Positions 1 through 13,160 of a stretch of DNA of 64,000 nucleotides are shown piece after piece. The translations under genes were made by a program, and so were the position numbers. Position 1 is the first letter of the stretch; each line of letters starts with the position of its first letter. The stretch is from Octopus sinensis. Lineage: Eukaryota. The notes beneath the pieces were generated by a model. It ran no database searches and was not told the origin of the DNA. It saw only the letters and a program-made list of their open reading frames with translations. The stretch is taken from NCBI RefSeq assembly GCF_006345805.1, contig NC_043026.1, positions 1,240,001 through 1,304,000 on the forward strand. The letters are read 5' to 3'.

Positions 1-575
1 CAAAGGTATGGCTGAATAGTCCCAGCCACATCTATATCTGCTGTCTTTCTCTTTCTTGATACTCTCACATCTCCCTTTCATCCTCTCGCTCTCTACTTCT
101 AGTTAAATTAAAGATGGCATACTCTTTCCCTCTGTCACTCTCTCACCTGTTACTCTGTTTTTATCATCATAGTCTCACTGCTACACTCTTCCATCTGTCT
201 CATCATTAATACCTTTACAATTCACCTTCCCTATCACACCTCAGTTTGTGCTGTGACCAAATGAACACAACAAAGAGTTGTGTAGACTCTTCAGCCTTAA
301 TGGATACAAGTCAAACTTACTAGTACTTGTACCATGAAAAAATGTACTCTGTACACTCTTTATAGTGTTTTACTAATGAGTGGAGATGATGTAAGGTTGA
401 GCAGACCATTAAGTTCTGTCAAAGATATGACAACTTCTCCAACTTTACATTATTTACATTTGACGGATATTTGTCCTCATCTTGTTTATTTCTCACACAA
501 CATTTTGGTTGATATACCCTCCAGTTTTCATTAGGTGTCTTGGGAAATTTCGAACTTGGGATCTCATTCCTCAAA

Positions 576-619
576 ACACCTGATGATGGCTGGAGGGTAT
601 ATCAGCTGAAATGTTGTGT
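576..619 (+). ncRNA. Minimal type I hammerhead motif (PLE-type), partly decayed
   Basis: ACAC-CTGATGA-T-GGCTG(10-nt loop)CAGCT-GAAA-TG-TT-GTGT. Stem I is ACAC/GTGT and stem II is 5 bp. Stem III ATGT looks like CpG-decayed ACGT. Confidence 0.6.
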
Positions 620-1721
620 GAACAACAAAGATGAGGACAAATATCCGGCAAATGTAAATAATGTACATAATTCCTCATCTCTTAAATATAGAACTATGTT
701 CTCTAATTTTGGTGTCAGTCTGTACTCCATCCTGTACATGCCAAACTAAAACTGAAAAGTACCAGTTAAAAAAAGAGTACAAGCCAAAGCTGAAAAGTAC
801 TAGTGGTCTTCATAGTTGACCTGTCCAGGAAGCCAGTGACTCCAAGCCAGAGCTGACTCAGACCATAACAACCCATCCAACCCATGCTAGCACAGAAAGT
901 GAACATGGGTTGATTATTATTCTGTCCATTACAACATATGCTAAAGTGTTAAGCCTTAAACACCGTGAACTATTCAGATCTCAAACATAATGAAACAATA
1001 TGAAAATCTGTATGAATCAAAGTGGAAATAACAACATTTGACATGGAATTTTCATGTGTCTAGCTATGGCTGTTGTTGTTAAGAAGCTTGTTTTGCAACC
1101 AATATGGTTTTTGAGTTCAGTCCCACTGCAAGGCATTTTGGGCAAGTGTCTTCTGCTATTGCCCTGGGTCAGCCAAAGCCTTGTGAACAGATTTCATTGA
1201 AAGAATCCCATTGTGTGTGTGTGTCCTTTTCTGAACATTGCATGATACTTACAAATGAGTGTCACCATTAAAAAAGTTGTGTTGCTTATTTCCAATCTTG
1301 CATGAAAAGATGTTTAGCCATGGGGAAATACTACCTTGCTAGGAAATAGTTGAGGGTTGGCAACGAGCAAAAGCAGGAAAGGCATCCAACAGAAAATCTG
1401 ACCCAAGTGAGCATGGAAAAGTAGACATTAAAACAATGATGATGAATGCAGCAGATTGGCAGAATCAGTAGAGAATTGCAGAAAATACCTTGTAATATTT
1501 AATTGTATACCTTTACTTTCTGAGTTCAAATCCTGCCAAAGTTGAATGTGTCTTTTATTTTCTCAGCATTGTTGGACTGCATAGTGACACAAAGCCACAA
1601 GTTTTCTATATTATGACCCTCTACAAATCCCACTGAGGTCAATGTTATATTTCCTTGTCTTGAGAGTGGGGTGGTGGTGGTGGTAATAAAATACCAGTCA
1701 TAGGCGTGGGTTTAGAAGCTT

Positions 1722-2103
1722 GGTGTGGCCGTATGGTAAGAAGCTTGCTTCCCAATCATAATTCAGGGTTCAGTCCCACTGCATGGCACCTTGGGCAAGT
1801 ATCTTCTTCTGTAGCCTCAGGCTGACCAAAGCCTTGTGAGTGGATTTGGTAGACAGAAACTGAAAGAAGCCCATCGTTTATAGATGTGCATGTGTCTTTG
1901 TGTTTGTCTCCCCCTCCACTGCTTGACAACTGCTGCTGGTATATTTGCATCCCTGTAACTTAGCAGTTTGGTAAAAAAAAAAGACTGATACAATAAGTAG
2001 CAGGCTTTAAAAAAAAAAATTAGTACTGGGGTTAATTAATTTGACTAAAAATTCACCAAGGCAGTGCTCCAGCATGGCTGCACTCTAATGACTGAAACGA
2101 ATA
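1722..2103 (+). mobile_element. tRNA-derived SINE (family A)
   Basis: A-box-like TGGCCGTATGG and B-box-like GGTTCAGTCCC head. Same body as the copies at 20827 and 35737. Confidence 0.85.
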
Positions 2104-2173
2104 AATGACACTGCACTCAATGAAATTGGTATTAATTTATTATTCATTTGTATTTTATCCTTTTTGCACATAG

Positions 2174-2309
2174 GACAGATTTTGCATTGGACAAAAACAA
2201 GAAGAAGAAGAAGAGGGAGTTGGCTGACGAGCAAAAGCAGGAAATCAGGGAAGCTTTTGACCTCTTTGACACAGATAAAGATGGCGCTATTGACTACTAT
2301 GAACTTAAG
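2174..2309 (+). CDS. CETN3: Centrin-3 coding exon (second coding exon; EF-hand 1)
   Basis: Acceptor TAG at 2171-2173, donor GTATGA at 2310. Translates (R)[45 protein letters not shown], which matches centrin-3/Cdc31-type sequence. Confidence 0.95.
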
Positions 2310-2600
2310 GTATGAACGACACCATTCAAACCTTGTTTTTTTTTATACTTTTTTATTCTTCCAGTTGTTTCAGTCACTGGATTGTGGCTATATTGGGGCA
2401 CTGCCTTGAAGGATCAATTTTATCAGTTACACTGCTCACTATTTTTTTGAAGTTTGGTGTTTGTTTTTGTGATTACTTTTCATCATCCTGCTAAGTTATG
2501 GGACATGAATACAGGCACTGTTTTATGCATAGACAGACATACAGACATATGAAAACACATATATATATATACAAGCATGTGTGTGTGTGTATATAATTAA

Positions 2601-5600
2601 TCATCATCATCATCATTGTTTAACATCCGATTTCCATGCTAGCATGGGTTGGACAAACCCAACGTCCATTTTCCATACATGCATGGGTAGGGCAGATGAC
2701 AGGAGCTGGCCTGGTAGAATGACCAGATAACCTAGGCTACTGTGTCTGTTTTGGCATGGATTTTATGACTGGATGCCCTTCCAAATGCCAACCATGTTAC
2801 AATATGAACTGGATGCTTTTAATGTGGCACCAGCAATGGCAGGGTAACCAAGTAACCCACAAAACGAGGAATTATGAGAGGGGCAGGGCATTTGAGGAGG
2901 GGAACTTGTATCAGAGGATGAATGGTTAGATTGTGACAGAGAGAGAGAAGCAGGTGTCTTGCCACAAGAGAGGGGGCATTAGAGGAGGTGATCCAGTTTG
3001 AGATGATGAAAGGTTAGAGTGTGACAGAGAAATAGAGAGGCAGAAATAGGTGTTTTGCTACAGAGGAGGTACATGGTTACCCAGTGAGAGAGGGAGAAAG
3101 AGAGAGAGAGGTACAAGAAAGAGGCCAGAAACAAGTGTACCGATGTAAAGGAGATATTTGATTACCTAGTCAGATGAAAAACAAGAGGAGAGAGAGAGAG
3201 AGTGTAGGAAACAGCAAAAGTGTTAGAGAGAGTAGAAGAGAGATGGTGTAGTGCTAGGGTACACTCACAAGTAACAAGAATATGAGCATAGAACGTGGTT
3301 AGAAAAATGGAGAGTGGGGGTGGGGGGAGCAGCAATACAGTGAGTGGGGCAGTGAGGGCAAGGAAGAGGATTGGAAAACAATCGTAATTTATGAAGAGGA
3401 AATGTGAGGAAGAGAAAGATGCAGTTAGAAGAGGGGTTGTAGTTTGATTTCTTAGGGTAGAGTGGGTGAAAAATGTGTTGTAACATGAGAGTGGGGGCAC
3501 AACTCTTCTAGCACTCACTTCCATGCATGGGTTTTATATAAAGACTTCATATTGCCAAACATCTCAGTCCATTGTCATTTCCTCCATGAGCCCCAACATC
3601 CTAAGATCAATCCTCACCACTTTATCTCATGTCTTCCTGGGTCTCCCTCATCCACAGTTACTATCCACTTTCAGCAACAAGCACTTCTGTATACAGCTAT
3701 CTTTACTCATATGCATCACATGTCCAAAACAACGCAGTCTCCTCTCCTGCATACCACTTTTAATCCCTCTTATGCTTTGTCGGTCATGCACACTGATGTT
3801 GCAAATCCAATGGAGCATGCTACCTTCATTCCTCTCCAGCCTACGCATATCCTCCGCAGTCAGAACCCATGTCTCACCTCCATGTAACATAAACTGTTCT
3901 CACACAATCATCATACAACTTACTTTTCACTCTGAAAGAGAGTCCTTTTGCTGCCAACAGAGGTAGTAGTTCTTTGAACTTCCTCCACCCTATTCTTATT
4001 CCAGAAACAATACATTCAGAGCATCCACCATTACCACTTTGGTCACTTAAACAGCAGAAACTATCGACTACCTCAAGAGAGCCTCCAGGAAATCAAAGAG
4101 AGTTTAAGTCCCCCTGTGCTCTTAGTATTTACTGTTCCTGTGCATCTGCCTCACACAAAAGTGACCTTATCTGATAACCTTCTCACAATTCCATTGCATC
4201 TCTTATGCAGCCATAGTTTATACTTGGTGCAGTAAATGGAATTACATCTCACTCCTCTCCTACATATTGAACAGGGCCATTTGCCAGTTGGAATGAGTCT
4301 TTTCTCCTTTTTCGCTAACAACAACTTTAGTTTTAGCTAAGTTAACTTTAAGGTCCTTAAATTCCAGGTTTTGCTTCCAAGCTCGGAGCTTCTCCAATTC
4401 TACTTCAGATTCTGCAATAAGAGCAAGATCATCAGCATATAGTAGTTCCCATGGGCTCCAGTTTTGAATTCATCTGTTATGGCCTGGAGAACTGTGATGA
4501 ATAAAAGTGGACTGAGAACTGATCCCTGGTGTACTCCAACTTTTATGTTAAATTCATTACTATATTCAAGGCCAACTCTCATCTTACTGACAGCATCGCT
4601 GTACATGGCCTGAACTGCTTTAACAAGCCATTCCTCTACTCCTAATTTCCTTAGAGACCTCCAAATAAGGGAGCAGGGAATCCTGTTGAAAGCTTTCTCC
4701 AGGTCAACGAAGGTTAAGTACAAAGGCTTACTTTTGACTAAATACATTTTTTTGCAACTGTCTCACTATGAAGATCGCATCTGTGATACTTCTCCCAGGA
4801 GCAAAATCTCATCTATTTTAATTCTATCCCTTAGCAGCTGACTATAATACTGCTATAGCAGTCTTTGGGGATGATGCCTTCCTGAATAACCTGATTAACT
4901 ATGCTAGTGACTGGGCTGTATCCCACACTACCTGATATTTTATTCATCTTGGCAGTGATACCTGATGGTCCAGAGGTTTTACCAGTCTTCATTTTCTTAA
5001 TTGCCTCATCTATTATACTGCTATCCACTCTGATGGCTGGTCCTCCACTTGGTTCAATATTTGAAAGACTCTCTTTTGCCCAATCATTCTCCACATGTAA
5101 CAACCTTTCACAATGTCAGCTCCATGCATCTTTCTTCTCCGAGTCACCTAGTTTGAGCATACCATTATCTGCTTGCACACATTTCTCACCCACCACATCT
5201 CTATTCTCTCTGATACACTGCTTTGCACATTTCTCTCCTGTAACATTACAATTTTCTCTCACACATTGTCTTGCAATCCGAAATAGTTCTGTTCTTTGGT
5301 CCTCACGTCGCTGGACATTGGTAAACTTCTGTTTCTATGCTCTAATGGCTTTGTCTACCATATTATTCCACCATCACGTTACTCTAGATCTGGAAGGGAC
5401 TTGGCACCATCTATAGACTTAGTCTCTGGTACTCAATAAGCTGTCCTGTAGGAATTTCCAGCTACCTTCTATGTCCGAGGTCTGTAGCTCCTCCTCCCTT
5501 TCATCAAATTTCTTGATGCGGATGTCTCTAAATCTCTGACCATGTGAAGGGTTCTTTAGCTTCCAAATCCTTCTTTTCTGGATTGATCTGCTTCTTGGCA

Positions 5601-6420
5601 TCCTTCTGGTCTCGAGTCTAAAGTCACCAATGACTAGTCTATGCTGGGTGGTACATTCTTCTCCTTGAAGGGTTTTTGTATTTAAGAGCAACCCTGCGTC
5701 CCGCTGTCTGGTGAGGAGGAAATCAATCTGGTTTGCAGAGTCACCTGATTGATAGGTTATCAGGTTGCTGTCTGGCTTCCTGAAGTTAGTGTTGCAGATT
5801 AAAAGGTTACATGCATCACAGAACTCCAGTAGCCTAGTTCCTGCCTCGTTTTGGGAACCAATACTATGGCCCCCGTGTACACCAGTGAAGATACCGGATT
5901 GCCACCCAACATGCCCATTAAAATCTCCAGCTGCAAAGATGAGATCATTGCCACTAATCTTTGAGGTAGCCTGTAGAAGGGTATCATAAAAATGGTCCTT
6001 CTGATCATTTGGTAGGCCTGCTTGTAGGGTGTAGGCAGAGATAATTGTAGCTGTACTGTTTTGCAGGACTATCCTGAGCTTAAGCACTCTATCGCACACC
6101 CTGACAACCTCTATGACCTTATCCACCCATTTCTCCACAAGGTGTATGCCTACACTCCCTACTCCATCCATGTTACCTTGCCAGAAGATTTTGTACCTGT
6201 GTGCCTTGCTTATGAGGACCCTAGCTGAAGCTCCTCTCCATCTTACCTCTTGTATGCAGCATACATCGATACGTCTCCTTTCAAGCATCTCTACAATCTT
6301 ACTAGATCTACCTTTCAGTGTGCCTACATTGACTGCCAACTTGGAAAACTGGGAAAGGAATGTGGGGTGAGGCTTGGGGAGGAGAGATGTTATTCAGCAC
6401 CTGAAAATAAGAGGTAGGTT
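2601..6420 (-). mobile_element. RTE-X-like LINE, near full length, degenerate
   Basis: AP endonuclease ORF at 5419-6339 (NVGTL, CCIQEVRW, AGDFNGHVG, NQIDFLL, TTQHRLV). RT fragments at 4100-5400 (FVDLEKAF, GVHQGSVLSPLLF). 3' UTR ends in a (GAT)n tail at about 2601. Confidence 0.92.
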
Positions 6421-7133
6421 GTCATGTTCGTTTTTTGGCATACTTCACCTGTTCTTACTTCTGACCTGACATTATTCAAATATTCAAGCATGTTAAGATT
6501 GTTGCCCCTACTGGGTGTAGGAATAGGTGTTAGCGGCGTTGTAAGTATAAGCATTATGGTCATCGTAAAAACGTAAATTTAAGCCTTGTTGCAAATATGG
6601 ATATTCCAATGTTAGATTAAGTAGGGTGTCTGCTAAACTGGTTGCATTTGTCCATGGAGAGGGGATTGCAAGTAGGGGATTGGTACCACCAATGAAGGGG
6701 GATGTTTCAGACAGAGAATGAGAGGAAACAAGCTCATCCATAACACACACACACTCATGTATTTGCCAAACATCGTTTGGAAGTGGGATTAGCCGGAAAT
6801 AACTGAAGTATTATCTTATGAATTGTGAGCTGTTTTAGAATGCTCTCACTTTTGCTTGATAACTATTAATCTCTGATCTCTTCTCAAATAAGACATCTAA
6901 AGTCAACATTAAAGCAAAGTACATCACTAAATTCTTTGTTAGATCCTCCAGTGGTCACATTGTCAGTTACCATTCTCTTCACGAAGAATCCATCTGAAGA
7001 TTAAGCTGGATGTGCTGGAAATAGCAGCCAAATCTTTCCTGTGAGCAGACATCAGATTCATTTAACAACTGTGTCACTTCAGAAAATCATGTTATCAATA
7101 ATGAAAATAAATGGTATATATAATGATTGCCGG

Positions 7134-7434
7134 TGGAGGCGCAATGGCCCAGTGGTTAGGGCAGCGGACTCATGGTTGGAGGATCGTGGTTTCGCTTCCC
7201 AGACCGGGCGCTGTGTGTGTTTATTGAGCGAAAACACCTAAAGCTCTATGAGGCTCTGGCAGGGGGTGGTGGCGACCCGTTGTACTCTTTCGCCCCAACT
7301 TTCTCTCGCTGTTTCTTCCTGTTTCTTGAGTAATGCTGCGATGGACTGGCGTCCTGTCCAGCTGGGGGGAACACATATGCCATACAAACTGGGAAACTGG
7401 CTAGGCTTGAAAAGGGTGCATAAATAAATAAATA
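7134..7434 (+). mobile_element. tRNA-derived SINE (family C)
   Basis: tRNA-like head (TGGCCCAGTGG, GGTTTCGCTTCCC), GATGGACTGGCGTCCTGTCCAG domain and (TAAA)n tail. Related copy at 31656-31918. Confidence 0.75.
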
Positions 7435-9706
7435 ATGGTTGCCATGGAAGCAAACTATACAAATTCATTTAACAATGGTATCATTTCAGAAAATTACGTT
7501 ATTAATACAGCTCATAGTAATGATAATCCTTTCATCATTTATGACCAAAACTTAAATAATGCAGCTAATAATTTAAACAACAATAATCGTAATGAATAAT
7601 GACACAAGAAAAATTTTAAATGTCTCAGCAAGAAAATGCCAAAAAAGAAATGAAATGAGTGAAAAAGAGAGAGCAAGTCAGAGAGCAAGAAATGAAGAAT
7701 ATCAAAGACGAACACGGGAAAGACTCTCAATTCAAAAACACAAGGAAATTAGAGAAGAAAACAGATTGGTTCACCAAGTGTTGAGAGAAAATTTGACACT
7801 AGAAATAAAAGAAGAAATTAGAGTTTCGTATGTTGTAGCAAGAAATTCTCAGCCTATGGAGGAACAAGAAATTATAACTCAAGTAAGAACTGACCAAAAC
7901 TTAAATAGAGCAACTAATAACTGAAACAATAATAATTATAATAACTATAAAAATAATGATGCCAGGAAAATTTTAAATGCCTCAGCAAAAAAATGCCAAG
8001 AAAGAAATGACATGAGTGAAGAAGAGAGAGCAAGTCAGAAATCAAGAGTATCAAAGACAAAGATGAGAAAGACTCAAAGAAGGAGTGAAATTAGAGAAGA
8101 AAATAGATTCACCAGGTGTTGAGTGGAAATATTTATATAAAGAGAAACAAAAATCTACATAATAGTGCAAATAATCTTTGAGACGAGTAGAGACGGGAGA
8201 TAAAGAAAAGTTCTGCACTAAATATATTACATTTGTCAGTGCAGATGTTGGCAGATCTTTGTTGAAAGCTGAATGGTAGGTATTTGCAAACATATATTCT
8301 TTGTTCTTCACACACTAAAGTTGTATGTTTTAGCCAAAATAAAACAATTGATTCTGACTGTTAACTTGTAATGATAGGTGTAAATGAAATAATATGAATG
8401 GAATACCAAACAAACAGCTGAGAGTTCATTTGTATATCCTCTGCTTAATTTGTATTGTGTTTGTGGCCAAAATACTTAACTCTCAATGCTAAATCAACTT
8501 CATCTTAAATAAGTTGCTGCTGTTTAGCCCCAGGTTGAACCTACCTATAAAGTCATTCAATCCATTAACTTCTTTATACATCAAGAATTACTTTAGCCAA
8601 TTTGATCTTCCTTTTTTTAAGATGGAAAGGTGATATTTAAAACACTTTTGGTCACAGCTCTGCTCAGTTAGGCCTCAGGCTAAACAATAAAAGGTTTATA
8701 ATTCACAAGATAACAAAGAGTTTGGAACCAAGTTTCAATTCCTCGATGAGATGTTTTATTTTGTGATTTGTGCCAGTAATTTCTAGTGCATTAATAAAAA
8801 TTTATGAAGCTTTACCCAAGCTCCTCTAATTTCAACAAAATATCCCACCTGAAAAACTAAACTATAGTTCTAATTAGAGTGAAGTTCAGAATTTGTGGAA
8901 ACTTGTAAGGGTTTGTGTTGCAACAATTAATACAAAGAAAAGTTCATAGAATGTGACCAGTGGAAAGTCTCACATTTGAAGCTGTTGGTTTTCAGCAATA
9001 TGTAGTGCAGGGGTTCTCAAACATTTTCGTCTGGTGTGTCCCTTCTTCATGTCTGGAAGTGTTGGCATAGCCATGTGGAAAATATGGTGTAAAATAGTTA
9101 CCGTAGAACCTGCATTATTTATTATTAATTTCGTTTAAATCCTGCTGTCATCCTCATTTACCCTTCTTGGATTCATAATATACCAATCAAGTACTGGGGT
9201 TGATATAAACAAGTTCCTTCTCTCTCAGCATTTCTAACTTTGTACCTATGTAAGAAATATTACATTTTTAGTGAGATAGATGAGCTTTACTCTTTCTCAT
9301 AAATAACTTAATTGTAAGCAGTTTCAGAGAAGCATAGCTGAATACCATTCACATTTGATAACTTAATATGAAATTTGTTTTTGGTTATAGATGCTGCTGG
9401 AAACCTTGTTCACAACAGTAAGTGAACAAGTGAACGAGATCAGCTGTCCATACATTTCTAGGGATACAAATTGTGTTTAGTTGGTTGTGATTACTCTGAA
9501 ATTCCAAACTTTGTGTACCCTCACAGTTTTTCTTGTATACTCCAAGGAGTGGGCATACCCCAGTTTGAGACCCACTGGAGTTGAGAAAGAGATTAAGGAA
9601 TTGGTGGTCTGGTAGTAAGCAGTAAATGAAAAGGGAAGACAAAGATGAAGGTCTTATTTGCTTGGCTGTAAGCATTTCTAATTATCTCTCTTTTATTAAT
9701 TTACAG

Positions 9707-9821
9707 GTGTGCATGAGGGCTTTGGGTTTTGAAGTGAAAAAAGACAATGTGCTAAAAATACTTTATGATTATGATATTGAGGAGACAGGCAAAATCACAT
9801 TTGATGATTTCAATGAAGTCA
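9707..9821 (+). CDS. CETN3: Centrin-3 coding exon (EF-hand 2)
   Basis: CAG acceptor at 9704-9706, GTAAGT donor at 9822. VCMRALGFEVKKDNVLKILYDYDIEETGKITFDDFNEV; phase matches both neighbouring exons. Confidence 0.96.
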
Positions 9822-9879
9822 GTAAGTATGAGGCTATTTAAACGATTGATTGTCTTGTCATTGTTTTAGAAATAACAAT

Positions 9880-10375
9880 AGTTGTTTCAAATTTAGGTGC
9901 AAGGCCAGCAGTTTTAAAGGAAGGGGATAAAGGGCTGGAGCAAATACTGCAAGGCACTTCTCCTGATGCTCTAACAATTCTGCCATACTTAATAACTGTT
10001 TCTGAATTAGGAATAAGGCCAGCAATTTTGAGAGGAAGAAATAATTGTTTACATCAACTCCTGTACTTCACTGGTACTTTATCAACCTCAGAAGGGATGA
10101 AGGCAAAGTTGACTTCAGCAGGATTTGAACTGGGAAACTAAAGAGTCTTAAGAAATACTACAAAGTACTTTTTCCTGCATTCTAATGATTTTACCAAACT
10201 ACCATTTATAATAATAACGCTTCCTAATAATTGACCCCAGAGCTCAATTAGTACTTTATTCGTTGACCTTGAAAGGTAAAAGGCAAAGTTGACCAGCGAA
10301 ATTCAGTACATAAAGATGGCTGAAATGCTGCTCAGCATTTTACCCAGAGTGCTAACAATTTTGCAACTCACTGCT

Positions 10376-10419
<44 letters not shown>

Positions 10420-11710
10420 AATAATAGTACAAGGCCTGAAATTTTTCCAGTACACAACTGGTACTTATTTTATCGACCTCGAAAGGATGAAAGGTAAAGC
10501 TAACCTCAGTGGCATTTGAACTTAGAACGTAAGTACAAAATGCCACTACACATTTTGCCCAGTATGTTAACGATTCTGTCAGCTTGCCACCCTAGATAAC
10601 AGTAATAATAATAATAATTTTTCAACTATAGACACAAGGTCTGCAATTTTGGGGGTGGGGCTAGACAATTACATCAACCCCAATGCATAACAAGTACTTA
10701 TTTCATTGACCCCTAAAGGATGAAAGTTGACCTTGGTGGTATTTGAACTGAGAACATAAGGATGGACAAAATGCTGCTAAACATTTGGCCTGGTGCACTA
10801 ACTATTCTGCCTTACATAATAACAACAACAACAACAATAATAATAATAATAATGATAATGATAATAATAATAGTACAAGGCCTGAAATTTTTCCAGTACA
10901 CAACTGGTACTTATTTTATCGACCTCGAAAGGATGAAAGGTAAAGCTAACCTCAGTGGCATTTGAACTTAGAACGTAAGTACAAAATGCCACTACACATT
11001 TTGCCCAGTATGTTAACGATTCTGTCAGCTTGCCACCCTAGATAACAGTAATAATAATAATAATAATTTTTCAACTATAGACACAAGGTCTGCAATTTTG
11101 GGGGTGGGGCTAGACAATTACATCAACCCCAATGCATAACAAGTACTTATTTCATTGACCCCTAAAGGATGAAAGTTGACCTTGGTGGTATTTGAACTGA
11201 GAACATAAGGATGGACAAAATGCTGCTAAACATTTGGCCTGGTGCACTAACTATTCTGCCTTACATAATAACAACAACAACAACAATAATAATAATAATA
11301 ATGATTATTATTATTATTATTATTATTATTATTGTTAGAAAGTCAGAAAATTGCTTTGTGGTATATTATGAAGCTCTTCACATCACCAGTTCAAATCCTG
11401 CCAACATCAACTTGCCTTTTTATTCTTTCAGGATCGATAAAATAAACCACCAGTCAAGTACTGGGGTCATTGGTATTAAATAATCTCCTCCTTGCAAATT
11501 TGTTTGCCCTGAGCCTAAATCAGAAGCCATTGCTTAGTGGTATTTTGTCTGCCACTATGTTCTGAGTTCAAATTCCGCTGAGGTTGACTTTACCTTTCAT
11601 CTTTTCAGGGTCAATAAATTAAGTACTGGGGTCGATGTAATCAACTAGTCCCCTTCCCCAAAATTAGAACGTAAGTACTTGTACCTATAGTGGAAAGGAT
11701 TATTATTGTT
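9880..11710. mobile_element. Cluster of short SINE-like repeats (family B), both orientations
   Basis: Repeated GTTCAAAT(T/C)C...GTTGACTTTGCCTTTCATCCTTTC...AAGTACC modules with (ATT)n tails. Minus-strand copies up to about 11305, plus-strand copies at 11340-11710. More copies at about 1450-1700 and 28330-28675. Confidence 0.8.
10427..11305. repeat. Near-identical tandem duplication, period 446 bp
   Basis: GTACAAGGCCTGAAATTTTTCC occurs at 10427 and 10873, with near-identical sequence between. Confidence 0.9.
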
Positions 11711-11732
11711 ATTATTAATTTTAATGTTTCAG

Positions 11733-11847
11733 TGACTGATTTAATGCTCCAGAGAGATCCTCAGACGGAACTTCTAAAGGCGTTCAAACTGTTTGATGAT
11801 GATGAGACTGGAAAAATAAGCCTAAGGAACTTGAGGAGAGTTGCAAG
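11733..11847 (+). CDS. CETN3: Centrin-3 coding exon (EF-hand 3)
   Basis: AG acceptor at 11731-11732, GTATGA donor at 11848. (M)[37 protein letters not shown](R). Confidence 0.96.
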
Positions 11848-13160
11848 GTATGATGTTAGCATTGTTATTTAACCAGCCAAGGTTAGGCCTGGTCAGACGT
11901 TCTAGCCATAACTATCTCATCTTTTATTGTGACTTAGTTTAACTAGGACTACATTATCTATGTCATGTCTTGTTCTGTAAGGGTCATGAGTTTTTGTGTT
12001 GAAGTGCTAAGGAAGGAGCGACCTACATATTTCAGGCAGGTCCTGTAATTGACTGCTAATTGACTGTTAATTGACTGTTAATTGTTTTGCAACTGAGAAA
12101 ATAACGATCTCTCTAATACCGTGGCAAGATGCAAGCAGTAACAGCTGGAGGAATTTTATGATGACCTCAGCACTTTTTTTTAATCGTTTGAAAGAAGGTG
12201 CAGTGTGTGATTTATAGGAAATAACTATTTCTCGCATCCTTTTTGGATCTTTGTGGAGGTTGTCTTGTTGACAGCTGATGATGATGGCAAGATAATGATG
12301 ATAATCATTTGTTGAGAAATTTAGAAGTATTTTATTTTATCAGTCCTGGAAGGATGAAAGGTAAAGTTGACCATGACAGGTTTTGAACTTACAATGTAAA
12401 AAGTTAAAGCAACAGACTTCTTCCAGTTTCTGTCTACCAAATTGACTCACGAGGTTTTGGTCAACCCAAGACTATAGCAGAAATGCAGTGGGACTGAACC
12501 TGAAACCACGTTCATGAGAAGCAAGCTTCTTAAGCAGACAGTCAGGTAGTCAGGTGTAATTTACAGGAGATTTAACTGCTATTTCTACTAAGTCTTTGTT
12601 GGTTCATGCATTACATAAAATTGGTGGGTTTGATTTGAAGGAGACTTAGCGGCTATTTCTATCATATCTGATTATGAAATTTAGGTATGATTCCAATAAG
12701 ATTTCGTACACTAGAGACATTTCCCTTCAATGGCTCACATATTAGGGGTGGCCAGACTTAACATAAAAGCCACATCTGATAAAGTCCAGAGATTTCTGAG
12801 CTACAAGACATAAACAAATTTTACATTTAACTTGAATAGATAAAATAAATGCCAGACTTAAAAACAAAAGTTTTCTCAGTCTATCTATTCTATAAGACTG
12901 TATGATGTATGTGTATGTACGGCAATGCTACATGGTAGTGATACATGGCCCTAGAATGCTGAGGATGTGAAGTCTAATAAAAAATGCAACTTGTACACCC
13001 TGTAGTGTGTGCAATATTAATGTGCATGTATGGCAAAGTGCAAATGTATTGAGAGAAAAGTTAAGCATAAGAGGAATCAGTGTTTTAATCATATGATGTG
13101 TAGGGGTGAGGACAGTTGCATTATATATATATATATATATAAATATAAAATATATATATA

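Noticed and set aside
376-395. ATGAGTGGAGATGATGTAAG as the CETN3 first coding exon (MSGDDVR)
   Set aside because: The phase fits the exon at 2174, but the donor GTTGAG is weak and the peptide does not resemble the centrin-3 N-terminus I recall. The true exon is probably upstream of the window.
2223-2250. CTGACGA-GC-AAAA-GC hammerhead-like string
   Set aside because: It lies in CETN3 coding sequence, GAAA is not adjacent to the stem, and there is no stem I or III.
6490-6750. 80-aa minus-strand ORF and an HDV-like GGGCAAC motif upstream of the RTE-X endonuclease
   Set aside because: No recognisable homology for the ORF. There is no room for the P1 3' strand between P3 and P1.1, so the HDV fold fails.
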